DNA of 64,000 bases from Alphaproteobacteria bacterium (lineage in GTDB: Bacteria; Pseudomonadota; Alphaproteobacteria; SP197), in NCBI GenBank assembly GCA_964291265.2, contig OZ219747.1, positions 4,373,095 through 4,437,094 of the forward strand, read 5' to 3'. Positions 39,653 to 51,439 of this stretch are shown here, one piece after another. The first letter of the stretch is position 1; each line of letters starts with the position of its first letter. Both the position numbers and the translations under genes were made by a program. Under the pieces are notes generated by a model. That model was not told the origin of the DNA, ran no database searches, and saw nothing but the letters and a program-made list of their open reading frames with translations.

Positions 39653-41560
39653 TCAGTCCGTTCTGGCGTAGCTCCTGAGCTTGCGGCTGCGGCTTGGATG
39701 CTTGAGCTTCCTCAGGGCCTTGGCCTCGATCTGCCGTATGCGCTCGCGGGTCACGGAGAACTGCTTGCCGACTTCCTCGAGGGTATGGTCGGTTTCCATG
39801 CCGATACCGAAGCGCATGCGCAACACCCGCTCCTCGCGCGGGGTCAGGGTCGAGAGAACCTCCGCACAGGAAACGCGCAGGCTGGCGGCGATGGCCGCAT
39901 CGATCGGCAGGACGGCATTCTTGTCCTCGATGAAATCACCGATGTGACTGTCCTCGTCGTCGCCGACCGGATTCTCCAGGCTGATGGGTTCACGGGCGAT
40001 CTTCATCACCTTGCGCACCTTTTCCAGGGGCATGCCAAGCTTCTCCGCCAACTCCTCGGGAGAAGGCTCCCGGCCGACTTCATGCAACATCTGCCGACTC
40101 GTCCGGGTGAGCTTGTTGATCGTCTCGATCATGTGGACCGGGATGCGGATCGTCCTCGCCTGGTCGGCGATCGATCGCGTGATGGCCTGACGAATCCACC
40201 AGGTGGCATAGGTCGAGAACTTGTAGCCCCGCCGGTACTCGAACTTGTCGACCGCCTTCATCAGACCAATGTTGCCTTCCTGGATCAGGTCGAGGAACTG
40301 GAGGCCGCGATTGGTGTACTTCTTGGCAATCGAAATGACCAGGCGCAGGTTGGCTTCCACCATCTCCTTCTTGGCCTGGCTTGCCTCCTTCTCTCCCTTC
40401 TGGACGACCTGCACGATGCGCTTGAACTCGCTGATGTCGAGCCCCGAATCGACGGCCACCTCGGCGATCTGCTGTCGGGCTTCGTCGATGATCCGCGCGT
40501 CGGCACTGGCAAACTTTCGCCACCTGGGATCATCGAGCGCGGCCATGCGATCCGGCCAGGAAAAATCAAGCTCGCGGCCCACATACTCCTCGAGAAACTC
40601 CTCACGCTTGATACCACGCCGCCGGGCAGCGCGGACAAGCGCGCTCTCCTGCCTGGTGAGCTTGCGGATGGTCCCCTGATGCATGTCGACGAGGGTATCG
40701 ACGCAATTGTTGTGGAGCTTGATCGTGCGCACGACCCTGGCAACCTCGTCGCGCAGCTTCGTGTACCGCCCTTTCACGGAAGGAGAAGGTTCCCGTCCGC
40801 TGAACCGCGCATCCAGATACTTCTCCTGGGCGATTTCGAGGCGCTGATAAAGCTTGGCAACCTTGTCGAACGTCGCCGTGACCTCCGGCAAGACGGCCTG
40901 TTCCATCGCCGCCAGAGTCATGGTGTTGCCGTCATCGTCGTCATCGGAATCGCTGTCGGACTGCCCGGATCCATTGGTCGGCGAGCCTGTCTTGTCGGCT
41001 GCCTCCACGAGGCTGGCATAGGTGGCATCGAGATCGATGATCTCGCGCAGCAGACTGCTTCTCTCGGCCAGATCGTCACGCCAGTCGACGATTTGCCCCA
41101 GTGTCATCGGGCTTTCGAAGATGCCGCGGATCATGCGCCCGCGACCGGCCTCGATGCGCTTGGAGATGGCGATTTCCCCTTCCCGGGAGAGTAGGTCGAC
41201 CCGGCCCATTTCACGCAGGTACATGCGCACCGGGTCGTCCGTGTAACCAAATTCCGCCGTTGTCGATGCCTGGGCAGGAGCCTTGTTCTGAACAACCACC
41301 TTCGCCTTGTCCTCGACCGATTCTTCGGATTCCTCGCTCTCGACGACAATGATGCCCATCTGCGAGAGCTTGGTCATCGAATCCTCGATCTGCTCGGACG
41401 AGAGTTCCTCGGAAGGAAGCGTCTCGTTGATCTCGTCAACGGTCACGTAGCCTCGTTCCTTGCTGCGCATCAGCATTTTCTTGATGGCGACGTTCACGGT
41501 GTCGAGGAGAGGATCCTCGACACTGTCACCGGATTCGACTTCGGCCGTATAGGTCACCAT
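39653..41560 (-). CDS. rpoD: RNA polymerase sigma factor RpoD
   Basis: [56 protein letters not shown]; ATG at 41560 with RBS. Confidence 0.97.
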   Translation of the reverse strand: MVTYTAEVESGDSVEDPLLDTVNVAIKKMLMRSKERGYVTVDEINETLPSEELSSEQIEDSMTKLSQMGIIVVESEESEESVEDKAKVVVQNKAPAQASTTAEFGYTDDPVRMYLREMGRVDLLSREGEIAISKRIEAGRGRMIRGIFESPMTLGQIVDWRDDLAERSSLLREIIDLDATYASLVEAADKTGSPTNGSGQSDSDSDDDDDGNTMTLAAMEQAVLPEVTATFDKVAKLYQRLEIAQEKYLDARFSGREPSPSVKGRYTKLRDEVARVVRTIKLHNNCVDTLVDMHQGTIRKLTRQESALVRAARRRGIKREEFLEEYVGRELDFSWPDRMAALDDPRWRKFASADARIIDEARQQIAEVAVDSGLDISEFKRIVQVVQKGEKEASQAKKEMVEANLRLVISIAKKYTNRGLQFLDLIQEGNIGLMKAVDKFEYRRGYKFSTYATWWIRQAITRSIADQARTIRIPVHMIETINKLTRTSRQMLHEVGREPSPEELAEKLGMPLEKVRKVMKIAREPISLENPVGDDEDSHIGDFIEDKNAVLPIDAAIAASLRVSCAEVLSTLTPREERVLRMRFGIGMETDHTLEEVGKQFSVTRERIRQIEAKALRKLKHPSRSRKLRSYARTD

Positions 41561-41654
41561 GTCTGAACTCTCCCTAGCCGCCAACCTGACGCGAGCCGGT
41601 ATACCACGAATCGGCACCGTACCGGATGACGCCGATGCACAACCCATCATGGAC

Positions 41655-43523
41655 TCATCCGGATTCCTGCACGCCGCCATCGCCGAGCATCCGACCCTGC
41701 CAACCCTCTCTTTCCTCGATCTTGGCCACCAGGCGCTGCCAAGCCTGTGCCGTGGGGTCGTTCTCCCAAGCATCGGCCTCGGCTCGAATCTCCTGACCCA
41801 GGACATTGCGGCACCGGTGAAGATCGTGGACGTGGTGCCACAGGTCTTCCGCGTCGCCAACCGTCTCCATGACAAGGCAGGAGAAGCCTCCCGCCCGGAC
41901 CACATCCTTCATGAGGTCATCAAGACCTGCCGCTGTCAGGTGGTCCGATATCGTCCTGTTGTCAAGGTCTCCTTCTGCCTCCGAGACTTCGATAAGGCAC
42001 TGTTGCAACCGTTCGTGGCGCGAATCGAGAAAGGTCACTTGGGAGAGGGGCTCGGCGATCCTGCCAAGAAGTCCCGGATAGAGGAAGGGGATGGCGATGA
42101 GCGCCCGTTCGGCGAGGTGGGCGTCACCCGCCGGACCGCCGCCCGGAACGCTGCCTGGCACCGGGTCCACACCGCGGTGGTAGGTCCACGATTCCCTCCT
42201 GCGGCGATCGAGTCGGCGGTGTTCTCCAGGTCGCAGGCGGTCACCCCTGTAGCGTGGCGGGCCGAAAGCGGCCTTCAGCCGCTGACTGATCTCGCTGCGG
42301 TAGTAGTGGCCAACGGCCCGGTCGGCGATGGTTCCGACCAGGGTCATCAGTTCCCTTTCCAGTCCGGCGCGGCGTTCGGGAGTCTCCAACGCCCGTCCCC
42401 GGGTGCGGCTCTGCCAGAGCATGTCCATGAGCGGAATCGCCCGGTCGACCATGTCCTGCATGGTCGCGGCTCCACGGACCCTGACGATGTCGTCGGGATC
42501 CATGCCGTCGGCCAGCAGCACGAAGCGCAGGGACTTGCCCGCTTTCAAAACGGACAACGCCCTCTCCATGGCGCGGCAGGCAGCGGAGTATCCCGCCGTG
42601 TCGCCGTCGAAACACAGCACGGGTTCATCCGCCAGCTTCCACAGCAGGGCGAGGTGGCCCTCGGTCAGCGCGGTGCCGAGGGGGGCAACGACGTGCCGAA
42701 TGCCCGCCTGGACGAGGGCAATGGCATCCATGTAACCCTCGACGACAACCACTGTCCCGGCATCGTGCGCCGGCTTGCGCGCTTCGCTGAAGCCATACAG
42801 GAGGTGGCCCTTGTGGAAGACAGGCGTCTCGGGAGAATTGAGGTACTTGGCCCTCTGCTTGCCCATCGCCCGGCCGCCGAATCCGGCGACGCGGCCATTG
42901 CGATCGGTGATGGGAAACATCAACCGGTGGCGAAAGCGGTCAACCGGCTCGCGGTCGCCGTCGCCGACATAGGCAAGACCCGCCTCGATGATCAGCTCGC
43001 GCGAGATGCCCTTGCCCGAGAGATGACCTATCAGGCGGGTGCGCTCGTCGGGTGCGTAACCCAGACGAAACCGCTCCCGCGTGGTGTCGCTGACGCGCCG
43101 CTCGGAGAGATAAGCGCGTGCCTGGCTCCCAGGGCTGCCGGCCAGCTGACTTTCGAACCAGCGGCTGGCTTCATCGAGGACATCGTGGAGGGTCGCGGCG
43201 CGTCGATAACGCTCCCGCTGCTCCGGGCTGCGCTTGGGCATCGCGAGCCCGACGCGTCCGGCAAGCCTTTCCACGGCCTCCGGGAAGGTGAGATTTTCGG
43301 TCTCCACCACATAGCGGATGACATCACCATGGGCTCCGCAACCGAAGCAATGATAGAAACCCTTGGAATCCGTGACTGTGAAGGACGGAGTCCTTTCCTG
43401 ATGAAAGGGACACAGTCCGACATACTCGCTGCCTCGACGCTCCAGGCGAACGCTGGACCCTATGACTTCGGAAAGCAGAATGCGCGCTCTGATCTCGTCC
43501 AGGAATTCCGGGGTGAACAGCAC
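41655..43523 (-). CDS. dnaG: DNA primase
   Basis: [11 protein letters not shown]...CFGC zinc finger, [18 protein letters not shown]. Confidence 0.96.
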   Translation of the reverse strand: MLFTPEFLDEIRARILLSEVIGSSVRLERRGSEYVGLCPFHQERTPSFTVTDSKGFYHCFGCGAHGDVIRYVVETENLTFPEAVERLAGRVGLAMPKRSPEQRERYRRAATLHDVLDEASRWFESQLAGSPGSQARAYLSERRVSDTTRERFRLGYAPDERTRLIGHLSGKGISRELIIEAGLAYVGDGDREPVDRFRHRLMFPITDRNGRVAGFGGRAMGKQRAKYLNSPETPVFHKGHLLYGFSEARKPAHDAGTVVVVEGYMDAIALVQAGIRHVVAPLGTALTEGHLALLWKLADEPVLCFDGDTAGYSAACRAMERALSVLKAGKSLRFVLLADGMDPDDIVRVRGAATMQDMVDRAIPLMDMLWQSRTRGRALETPERRAGLERELMTLVGTIADRAVGHYYRSEISQRLKAAFGPPRYRGDRLRPGEHRRLDRRRRESWTYHRGVDPVPGSVPGGGPAGDAHLAERALIAIPFLYPGLLGRIAEPLSQVTFLDSRHERLQQCLIEVSEAEGDLDNRTISDHLTAAGLDDLMKDVVRAGGFSCLVMETVGDAEDLWHHVHDLHRCRNVLGQEIRAEADAWENDPTAQAWQRLVAKIEEREGWQGRMLGDGGVQESG

Positions 43524-43534
43524 CTTGGTTCTCC

Positions 43535-43993
43535 TCAGCCGAGCCGTTTCCTGACCAGAGCACTCGCGGCAGCGCCATCGAAACGTCCCGGATAGAACCC
43601 CTTGAGCAGGGCCATGACCCGGCCCATGTCCTTGAGGCTGACGGCATCGCACTCGACTATGGCGTCATCCACGCAACGTGCCAACTCTTCCGGGTTCATC
43701 GGGTGCGGCATGAAACGTGTGATGATGGAGACCTCCGCCTCCTCCCGCTCCGCCAGTTCCGCCCGGTTTCCCTGGCGGAACTGTTCGGCGGCCTCCCGCC
43801 TCTGACGCACCATCTTGGCAAGAATGCCTATCGCCTGTTCGTCGCTCACCGTCTGCGTGACACCGTTGGCGCGTGAAGCGATCTCGTGGTCCTTGAGGGC
43901 GGCGATGACGAGCCTCAACGTCGACGTCGCGATCCCGTCCTGGGTCTTGACCGCCTGTTTGAGGGCTTCCGTGATCTGCTGCCTGATGGACAT
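43535..43993 (-). CDS. GatB/YqeY domain protein
   Basis: LKQAVK...TLRLVIAALKD...KMVRQRRE...KDMGRVM; upstream of dnaG. Confidence 0.92.
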   Translation of the reverse strand: MSIRQQITEALKQAVKTQDGIATSTLRLVIAALKDHEIASRANGVTQTVSDEQAIGILAKMVRQRREAAEQFRQGNRAELAEREEAEVSIITRFMPHPMNPEELARCVDDAIVECDAVSLKDMGRVMALLKGFYPGRFDGAAASALVRKRLG

Positions 43994-44027
43994 CGCGCTG
44001 ATCTTGATCACCTGATTGCAAGGGGGG

Positions 44028-45309
44028 GGGGGTTACATCGTTGACTGAAAGGCAATGTTGCGGGACTGATCAAGCGTGTGGTTCGGGATCGCCTTCCCCG
44101 CCCCACCAAACGGCCAATGGAGGCCGACCGCGCATGGCGAACGATACCGAACACCGACAGATTGTCTATCGGCTGCTTCCCGGACCCCGGAAGAAAGCAC
44201 GCAGGCTGGCTGCTCTCGCTCACCGCCTGCCGCTTCGTCCGGAACACCATGCTCGACCGGCTTGGAACAGCGGCGAGACTGGCGGGTGCGGAACGGCTAA
44301 CCCGAGCGTTTCGTTCTTCACGGCTCGGCAAGGCCTTCATCCTGGCTTCGCCGGTTGACGCCGTGCTTGCAGGAGATGCCGCAGGATCAGGCGGATGCGT
44401 GGCAGCTATGTTTCAGGGGGCTGAGGCGGCCGCACGAAGTTCAGGCGGCGCGGGCATGACAGCGTGTGCGCTCCCGGGCGCCATCCGCATCCTTCAGACG
44501 GCACGCTCCACGTTCAGGAAGATCGGGCCGATGACGCTGCGCCGCAGGGGAGGGAACCCATGCTCCGACGGCGTGTCGGTCCGCGCCGTCATCAATCAAG
44601 CGGATTGACGGCACGTGGCATGCGATCCGTCCGCTGCAGGATGGCGGCTGTCGTGCACCGGCGACGACGGCGCCGTGACCGGCATCGACATGAACGTGGG
44701 CCAGGTGACCACCAGCTTCATGCACCGGTGACGGACCGCCTCGAAGCGCGATGCCAGCGGTGGCAGCGCAGGATGTCGCGCGGCAGCAGGCGGCGTGAAC
44801 GCACCCGCCGCCGCCATGCCCGGACGGTGTGCAGGATGGCCATGAAACGGTGCAACCGGCAGCACCACGTCTCGCGGAAGCTGGCCGGCGGAACGGTCGT
44901 CGTGGAAGGTCCGAAGACCGCCAACATGACCAGGAGTGCAAAGGGCACGGTCGAGCATCCCGGGACGAACGTGAAGGCGAGGTCCGGGTTGAACCGCGGG
45001 ATCCTTGCCACGGGCCGGGGCGAGTTGCGGACGATGCTCGCCTGCAAGGCACCGCGCCTCGTCTGAGGTGAACGCGGCGCATGCAGCCAGACGTGTGCGA
45101 AGTGCAACAACGGCTTGACGCCGCCTCGCGTCCGTCACAGGCGACATTCACATGCTCAGGCCATGCGGACCTGAATGCGGCCCGCGACATCAGGCGCCGG
45201 GGACTGGCGCATCGGCACGGGGATGGAGCGTTGCCGCCAGGCACTCCGATGATCCGTGACACGGATCGCAGACTGCGGCATGAGCCTTTCAGTCAACGAT
45301 ACAAGTCCC
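44028..45309 (+). mobile_element. Non-autonomous TIR-bounded element carrying a tnpB pseudogene
   Basis: IR 44037-44053 ATCGTTGACTGAAAGGC is the exact reverse complement of 45284-45300, extendable to 22/26. TTGCAAG occurs at 44016-44022 and 45311-45317. Confidence 0.8.
44134..45290 (+). pseudogene. tnpB: TnpB (IS605 OrfB-type RNA-guided nuclease), frameshifted
   Basis: GGAGG RBS; IVYRLLP..ACRFVRN, RuvC-I GIDMNV (44681), VVVEG..NMTRSAKGT..NVKARSGLNRGIL, SQTCAKC, RuvC-III HADLNAARDI, spread across frames. Confidence 0.88.
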
Positions 45310-45440
45310 GTTGCAAGCTGGTCGAGCCGTACATCAGATCGCCGACAAGGGCGAGTCGTTTCCCTCGCACGGTCTCGATACGACTCCGGTGGATAGATTC
45401 CAACAGCGTGATAATGTGACGTTTCTCGCCCCAAGGACGC

Positions 45441-45469
45441 TTGACCACGTCATCCGGCATCCCTATAGT
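45441..45469 (+). promoter_or_regulatory. Putative sigma70 promoter of carAB
   Basis: TTGACC-17 bp-TATAGT upstream of carA. Confidence 0.6.
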
Positions 45470-45498
45470 CCGACAACGTCACTCCTTGGCCGACTTCC

Positions 45499-46653
45499 AT
45501 GTCCCCATCCGTTTCACAGTCGCCGCCGTGGGCCACGGCGTGCATGATGCTTGCGGATGGTTCAGTGTTCTGGGGTCACGGAATCGGCGCCACCGGGCGC
45601 GCCATCGGTGAGCTGTGTTTCAACACCGCCATGACCGGCTATCAGGAAATCGTGACAGATCCCTCCTATGCCGGCCAGATCATCACCTTCACCTTTCCCC
45701 ATGTCGGAAACACCGGCGCGAACGGCGAGGATATCGAGGCACAGGCACCGGCAGCCCGCGGCATCGTGATCCGCGATGCGATCACCGATCCATCGAGCTT
45801 TCGCGCCAGCGGACATTTCGACGGATGGCTGCGCGCCCACAACATCGTCGGCATTGCCGGAGTCGACACGCGCCGCCTGACCCGGCTGGTGCGATCCCGC
45901 GGGTTCCAGACGGCCGGCATCGATCACGGCACCATCGACTGCCTCGGGCTCGCCGGCGAACTTGCTGCCTGGCCGGGGCTCGAAGGCATGGACCTCGCCC
46001 GCGACGTCACCTGTCGGCAGACATACACCTGGACCGAAGGCACCTGGTCCCTGCCATGCTGCCCTGCACAGGCACCGTCGCCGCACCGCCATGTCGTCGC
46101 CGTGGACTACGGGGTCAAGCGGAACATTCTGCGGAATCTCGTCTCCCTGGGATGCCGGGTGACGGTCGTGCCGGCAACATCGGACATTGGCGACATCATG
46201 TGCCATCGTCCCGATGGCATTCTTCTTTCCAACGGACCCGGTGACCCCGCCGCCACCGGTATATGGGCGGTACCGGTGATCCGCGACCTCCTGAATACGG
46301 GAAAGCCGGTCTTCGGAATCTGTCTGGGCCACCAGTTGCTGGCGCTGGCGCTGGGCGCAAGGACGCTGAAGATGGTGAACGGCCATCGCGGCGCCAACCA
46401 TCCTGTGAGGAACCTGGAAACCGGAAGGGTGGAGATCACCTGCCAGAACCACGGGTTTGTCGTCGACCCCGACAGTCTTCCCGACAATGCCGTGATCACC
46501 CACACGTCACTCTTCGACGGCACCCTGGCCGGTTTCAGGATCAGGGAAAAACCAGTCTTTTCCGTCCAGTACCATCCCGAAGCGAGTCCCGGACCACAGG
46601 ACAGCCGCTACCTCTTCCAGTCCTTCATCCAGGCCTTGGAGAATCATGCCTGA
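45499..46653 (+). CDS. carA: Carbamoyl-phosphate synthase small subunit
   Basis: [34 protein letters not shown]. Confidence 0.97.
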   Translation: MSPSVSQSPPWATACMMLADGSVFWGHGIGATGRAIGELCFNTAMTGYQEIVTDPSYAGQIITFTFPHVGNTGANGEDIEAQAPAARGIVIRDAITDPSSFRASGHFDGWLRAHNIVGIAGVDTRRLTRLVRSRGFQTAGIDHGTIDCLGLAGELAAWPGLEGMDLARDVTCRQTYTWTEGTWSLPCCPAQAPSPHRHVVAVDYGVKRNILRNLVSLGCRVTVVPATSDIGDIMCHRPDGILLSNGPGDPAATGIWAVPVIRDLLNTGKPVFGICLGHQLLALALGARTLKMVNGHRGANHPVRNLETGRVEITCQNHGFVVDPDSLPDNAVITHTSLFDGTLAGFRIREKPVFSVQYHPEASPGPQDSRYLFQSFIQALENHA

Positions 46654-46766
46654 CAGCACCGACAAGGCCGCCGTCGCCTGTATCTGCGCGATCCGGTCAG
46701 CACTGGCATCACGGCCCCGTCCGGGTGCTGTCCTGCGGGACAAGGTTTCGGCGAACATGGAATGCC

Positions 46767-49700
46767 ATGCCGGCGCGCACTGACATTGAATCGATCCTGA
46801 TCATCGGCGCCGGACCGATCATCATCGGCCAGGCGTGCGAGTTCGATTACTCGGGCACACAGGCGGTCAAGGCCCTCAAGGAAGAGGGATACCGCATCAT
46901 TCTGGTCAATTCGAATCCGGCAACCATCATGACCGATCCCGCCATGGCGGACGCCACCTATGTCGAACCGATAACTCCGGAGATCATCGCCCGGATCATC
47001 GAGCGGGAGCGCCCCGATGCACTGTTGCCGACGATGGGAGGACAGACAGCCCTCAACACGGCGTTGAGTCTTGCCCGCATGGGCATCCTCGATGCCTGCG
47101 GCACGGAACTGATCGGTGCCTCCAGGAAGGCGATCGACAAGGCCGAGGACCGCGAACTCTTCCGCGATGCGATGAACCGTATTGGCCTCGAGTGCGCCCG
47201 CAGTGTCCTCATCCATTCACTCGATCAAGCCTGCAAGGCCCTCGAGGACATCGGTCTGCCGGCCATCATCCGTCCAAGCTTCACGCTCGGCGGCACAGGC
47301 GGTGGCATTGCCTACAACCGCGAGGAATTCTCGGACATCGTCTGCCGGGGGCTCGAGGCGAGCCCGACCAGCGAGGTCCTGATCGAAGAGTCGATCCTCG
47401 GCTGGAAGGAGTACGAGATGGAGGTCGTGCGCGACCGCGCCGACAACTGCATCATCGTGTGCTCCATCGAGAACATCGATCCGCTGGGAATCCACACCGG
47501 TGACAGCGTGACAGTGGCACCGACGCTGACGCTGACCGACAAGGAGTTCCAGATCATGCGCGATGCGTCGATCGCCGTGCTGCGGGAGATCGGCGTCGAC
47601 ACCGGCGGCTCCAACGTCCAGTTCGCCGTCAACCCCGCTGATGGCCGGATGATCGTGGTCGAAATGAATCCGCGCGTGTCGCGGTCATCGGCACTGGCTT
47701 CCAAGGCGACCGGTTTTCCCATTGCCAAGGTCGCCGCCAAACTCGCCGTCGGCTACACCCTCGACGAGGTTCGCAACGACATCACACGGGTAACGCCGGC
47801 GAGCTTCGAGCCGACCATCGACTACTGCGTCGTCAAGATGCCGCGCTTCACCTTCGAGAAGTTTCCCGGGACACAGGCTGAGCTCACCACGTCCATGAAG
47901 TCCGTCGGCGAGGTGATGGCGATCGGCCGGTCCTTTGCAGAAGCCCTGCAAAAGGCACTGCGAGCCATGGAAACGGGGCTCACGGGCCTCGATCCGGTTG
48001 CCTTCGATGACGCCTCGAAGGACGGCATCGTCGCCCGGCTTGCACGTCCTTTGCCTGACCGCCTGCTTGCCATCGCCGAAGCGATGCGTCGCGGTCTCGA
48101 CGATGGCACCATTCACGACATCACCCACTATGACCCCTGGTTCCTGGGCCAGATCCGCCGCATCGTCAAGGCCGAGGAGGCGGTGGCGAGGGACGGTCTT
48201 CCCGAAGACGCGCGGGGCCTCCTCGAGATCAAGAAGCTCGGGTTCTCGGACCGCCGGCTGGCTTTCCTCACCGGGCTGACGGAAGGCTGCGTCAGAGCGC
48301 GACGGGAACATCTCGCCGTGGCTCCTGTGTTCAAGAGAATCGATACCTGTGCTGCCGAGTTTCCGGCGAGCACGTCCTACATGTACAGCTGTTACGAGGG
48401 TGACGGCGTTGTCCCTGCGGAAGACGAGTCGGACGTCAGCGATGCCAGGAAGGTCATCATCCTTGGTGGCGGCCCCAACCGGATCGGACAGGGGATCGAG
48501 TTCGACTATTGCTGCGTTCACGCATGCTACGGCCTGAAAGAAGCCGGGGTCGAGACCATCATGGTCAACTGCAATCCCGAGACCGTGTCGACGGACTACG
48601 ACACGTCGGACCGCCTCTACTTCGAACCGTTGACCGTCGAGGACGTCGTGGCAATCGCGCGCGCCGAAATGGCGAAGGGAACCCTCATCGGCGTCATCGT
48701 GCAGTTCGGTGGTCAGACGCCTCTCGGTCTGGCGCGGGCGCTCGAGGAGGAGAACATTCCCATCATCGGCACGTCTCCTGATGCCATCGACCGCGCGGAG
48801 GACCGCAAGCGCTTCCAGTCACTGCTCCATGATCTTGGTCTCAGACAGCCGGCCAACGGAACCTGCCGGTCGCTCGACGAAGCCCGGCGGATCACCGGAC
48901 GCATCGGCTATCCCGTCGTCGTGCGGCCGAGTTACGTGCTGGGTGGCAGGGCCATGGAGATCGTCCACGACGATGATGCCCTGGCAGTCTACGTGGAACG
49001 CTCGGTCTCCGTATGGGGAGATCATCCCATACTGGTCGACCGCTTTCTCCAGGATGCCGTCGAGGTGGATGTCGATGCTCTGTCGGACGGCAGGGATGTC
49101 TTTGTTGCCGGAATCATGGAACATATCGAGGAGGCCGGAGTTCATTCAGGCGACTCGGCGTGTTCGCTCCCTCCCTACTCCCTGGGAACCGACATCATCG
49201 AAGGCCTGGCAAAGCAGACCAGGGCCCTCGCGCTGGAACTGGGCACCGTCGGCCTGATCAACATCCAGTTCGCGGTGAAGGACGGCAGGATCCTGGTTCT
49301 GGAGGTCAATCCCCGCGCCAGCCGCACGGTTCCCTTTGTCGCCAAGGCCATCGGTATCCCGATCGCCAAGATTGCGGCAAGGGTCATGGCAGGAGAGTCT
49401 CTTGACGCTTTCCGTCTACGCCCGCCCGAGGTCGCCCACATCGCCATCAAGGAAGCGGTTTTTCCCTTCACCCGGTTTCCCGGGGTGGACGTCATTCTGG
49501 GCCCGGAAATGAAGTCCACCGGCGAAGTCATGGGTCTCGATGACGATTTCGGACATGCCTTTGCCAAGGCGCAGCTGGCTGCCGGCGGCGCCCTTCCCTC
49601 CAAGGGTTGCGTCTTCATTTCCGTGCGCGACCGCGACAAGCCGCACGCCGTCTCACTGGGCAGGCGGCTCGCCGACATGGGATTTCGACTCATCGCAACG

Positions 49701-50006
49701 CGCGGCACGGCACGCGAAATGACGGCGGCCGGCCTCGATGTCGAGTGCATCAACAAGGTTCTCCAAGGATCACCGCACATTGTCGATGCCCTCAAGAACG
49801 ACAGCATCGATCTTCTGATCAATACCACCGAGGGTTCCCAGTCGATCACGGACAGTTTCAGCCTGCGGCGCACGGCACTGATGAAGAAGGTGCCGTATGT
49901 CACGACGATTCCAGGAGCCCGGGCGGTGGTCGAGGCCATTGCCGCTCTCAAGGCCGGCGGTCTCGACGTCAAGCCGCTGCAGGCCTACGCCGGAAGCGTC
50001 CTGTGA
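46767..50006 (+). CDS. carB: Carbamoyl-phosphate synthase large subunit
   Basis: [54 protein letters not shown]. Confidence 0.98.
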   Translation: MPARTDIESILIIGAGPIIIGQACEFDYSGTQAVKALKEEGYRIILVNSNPATIMTDPAMADATYVEPITPEIIARIIERERPDALLPTMGGQTALNTALSLARMGILDACGTELIGASRKAIDKAEDRELFRDAMNRIGLECARSVLIHSLDQACKALEDIGLPAIIRPSFTLGGTGGGIAYNREEFSDIVCRGLEASPTSEVLIEESILGWKEYEMEVVRDRADNCIIVCSIENIDPLGIHTGDSVTVAPTLTLTDKEFQIMRDASIAVLREIGVDTGGSNVQFAVNPADGRMIVVEMNPRVSRSSALASKATGFPIAKVAAKLAVGYTLDEVRNDITRVTPASFEPTIDYCVVKMPRFTFEKFPGTQAELTTSMKSVGEVMAIGRSFAEALQKALRAMETGLTGLDPVAFDDASKDGIVARLARPLPDRLLAIAEAMRRGLDDGTIHDITHYDPWFLGQIRRIVKAEEAVARDGLPEDARGLLEIKKLGFSDRRLAFLTGLTEGCVRARREHLAVAPVFKRIDTCAAEFPASTSYMYSCYEGDGVVPAEDESDVSDARKVIILGGGPNRIGQGIEFDYCCVHACYGLKEAGVETIMVNCNPETVSTDYDTSDRLYFEPLTVEDVVAIARAEMAKGTLIGVIVQFGGQTPLGLARALEEENIPIIGTSPDAIDRAEDRKRFQSLLHDLGLRQPANGTCRSLDEARRITGRIGYPVVVRPSYVLGGRAMEIVHDDDALAVYVERSVSVWGDHPILVDRFLQDAVEVDVDALSDGRDVFVAGIMEHIEEAGVHSGDSACSLPPYSLGTDIIEGLAKQTRALALELGTVGLINIQFAVKDGRILVLEVNPRASRTVPFVAKAIGIPIAKIAARVMAGESLDAFRLRPPEVAHIAIKEAVFPFTRFPGVDVILGPEMKSTGEVMGLDDDFGHAFAKAQLAAGGALPSKGCVFISVRDRDKPHAVSLGRRLADMGFRLIATRGTAREMTAAGLDVECINKVLQGSPHIVDALKNDSIDLLINTTEGSQSITDSFSLRRTALMKKVPYVTTIPGARAVVEAIAALKAGGLDVKPLQAYAGSVL

Positions 50007-50992
50007 GTGCCGTACATTCCTGGATCGTGACCGACGGCGCTGCCGGCCTGGTGCGCCAGTGCAACGGGCTTGCCAGTCGGCTCGGACTTGAGCCCGACCA
50101 CCGGACGATCGTCATCCGCCATCCCTGGCGGGCACTTCCCCCTGCGTTCTGGCCTTCACCCCTGTCTGCGCTGTCGCCCTGGGGTGACCAACTCGCCCCT
50201 CCCTGGCCTCACCTAGTGATCGCCAGCGGCCGCAAGTCCGTGGCGCCAACGGCCGCCATCCGCCGGAAGGCCCGTGGCCGCACCATCGCCATCCAGATCC
50301 AGGACCCCACCATCAACCCGACCAGTTTCGACCTCGTCATTGCACCGCGTCATGACGGGTTGAAGGGCGCCAACGTCATCGCCACGACAGGCTCGCTTCA
50401 CGGCCTGACGCGAAACGCCCTCGACGAGGCGTCCTGCCGTCACGAGGGAGACGTTGCCCACCTTCCGCGCCCCTTGACCTTGGCCGCCATCGGCGGCCCC
50501 AACCGCGCCTACCGGTTTACACGAGCCGACGCCCGCGACCTTGGCCGACGACTAGGTGCACTGGAGGGCGGCCTCATGGTCATCGTCTCGCGGCGCACCC
50601 CGCCGCAATCCGCCGACGCCCTGATGAAGGAAGTCGATCCGGCGCGTTCCATCATCTGGCAGGGTGGAGGCCGCAATCCTTACGAAGGCTGGCTCGGTCT
50701 CGCCGACTTCATCATCGTGACGTCCGATTCCGTGAACATGGCCACGGAAGCCTGCATCAGTGGCAAGCCGGTGTTCATCGCCGGTCTGCCGGGAGGTTCG
50801 GCAAAGTTCTCCCGGTTTCACGAAGCGCTGAAACGCGGCGGACATGCAAGGAGCTTCGAAGGCGCACTCGATCCCGCCTGGAAGCCCGTGATGCTTGATG
50901 ACGCCACCTGGGTGGCGCAAAGGGTCAGGGATCACCTCGGAGAGCGACTCAGTTTGCCTGGATCGCCGTCGGAATGTAACGGCCGTCCTTAG
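50003..50992 (+). CDS. ELM1/GtrOC1 family putative glycosyltransferase-like protein
   Basis: [42 protein letters not shown]. Confidence 0.85.
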   Translation: MSAVHSWIVTDGAAGLVRQCNGLASRLGLEPDHRTIVIRHPWRALPPAFWPSPLSALSPWGDQLAPPWPHLVIASGRKSVAPTAAIRRKARGRTIAIQIQDPTINPTSFDLVIAPRHDGLKGANVIATTGSLHGLTRNALDEASCRHEGDVAHLPRPLTLAAIGGPNRAYRFTRADARDLGRRLGALEGGLMVIVSRRTPPQSADALMKEVDPARSIIWQGGGRNPYEGWLGLADFIIVTSDSVNMATEACISGKPVFIAGLPGGSAKFSRFHEALKRGGHARSFEGALDPAWKPVMLDDATWVAQRVRDHLGERLSLPGSPSECNGRP

Positions 50993-51308
50993 GGCCAGAG
51001 AACATCAGTGACACATGGGGGTGCGACACCGGCAGGCCGCTCTCGTCGGTCACCAGGTTCTGTTCCGAGACGTAGGCGACGTACGTGGACTCCTCGTTCT
51101 CGGCCAGCAGGTGGTAGAACGGCTGATCCTTGGAGGGACGCACATCCTCGGGAATGGAGAGCCACCATTCCTCGGTGTTGGCGTAGACCGGGTCGACATC
51201 GTAGATCACGCCGCGAAACGGATAGTGCCGATGTCTGACGACATCGCCGATGCAGAACCGCGCCCTGCGGAAGCCTTCGTCTTTGGCGTCTTGATTGTCC
51301 ATGAACAT
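50949..51308 (-). CDS. hspQ: Heat shock protein HspQ
   Basis: GDVVRHR..FRGVIYDVDP, QPFYHLLAEN, YVSEQNL. Confidence 0.92.
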   Translation of the reverse strand: MFMDNQDAKDEGFRRARFCIGDVVRHRHYPFRGVIYDVDPVYANTEEWWLSIPEDVRPSKDQPFYHLLAENEESTYVAYVSEQNLVTDESGLPVSHPHVSLMFSGPKDGRYIPTAIQAN

Positions 51309-51439
51309 ACTATTGTCGCTTGCAGCGCGCGTGGCAAGAGGACGGACGAGACTGTCCACCCCAATCTTCTTCGCATGCCTTTCACGTCACGGCGCTCTTC
51401 ACTAGATTGTCGATGATCGCGATTCCCGGATGGAACTCC

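Noticed and set aside
39653-41905. N-terminally extended RpoD (750 aa), and likewise extended CarB and DnaG in the ORF track
   Set aside because: Extensions overlap neighbouring genes; downstream starts match the family N-termini.
41559-43595. 678-aa + strand ORF (and similar long antisense ORFs such as 39698-41194, 51206-52699, 56770-58527)
   Set aside because: Shadow frames of well-supported genes in GC-rich DNA, with no recognisable motifs.
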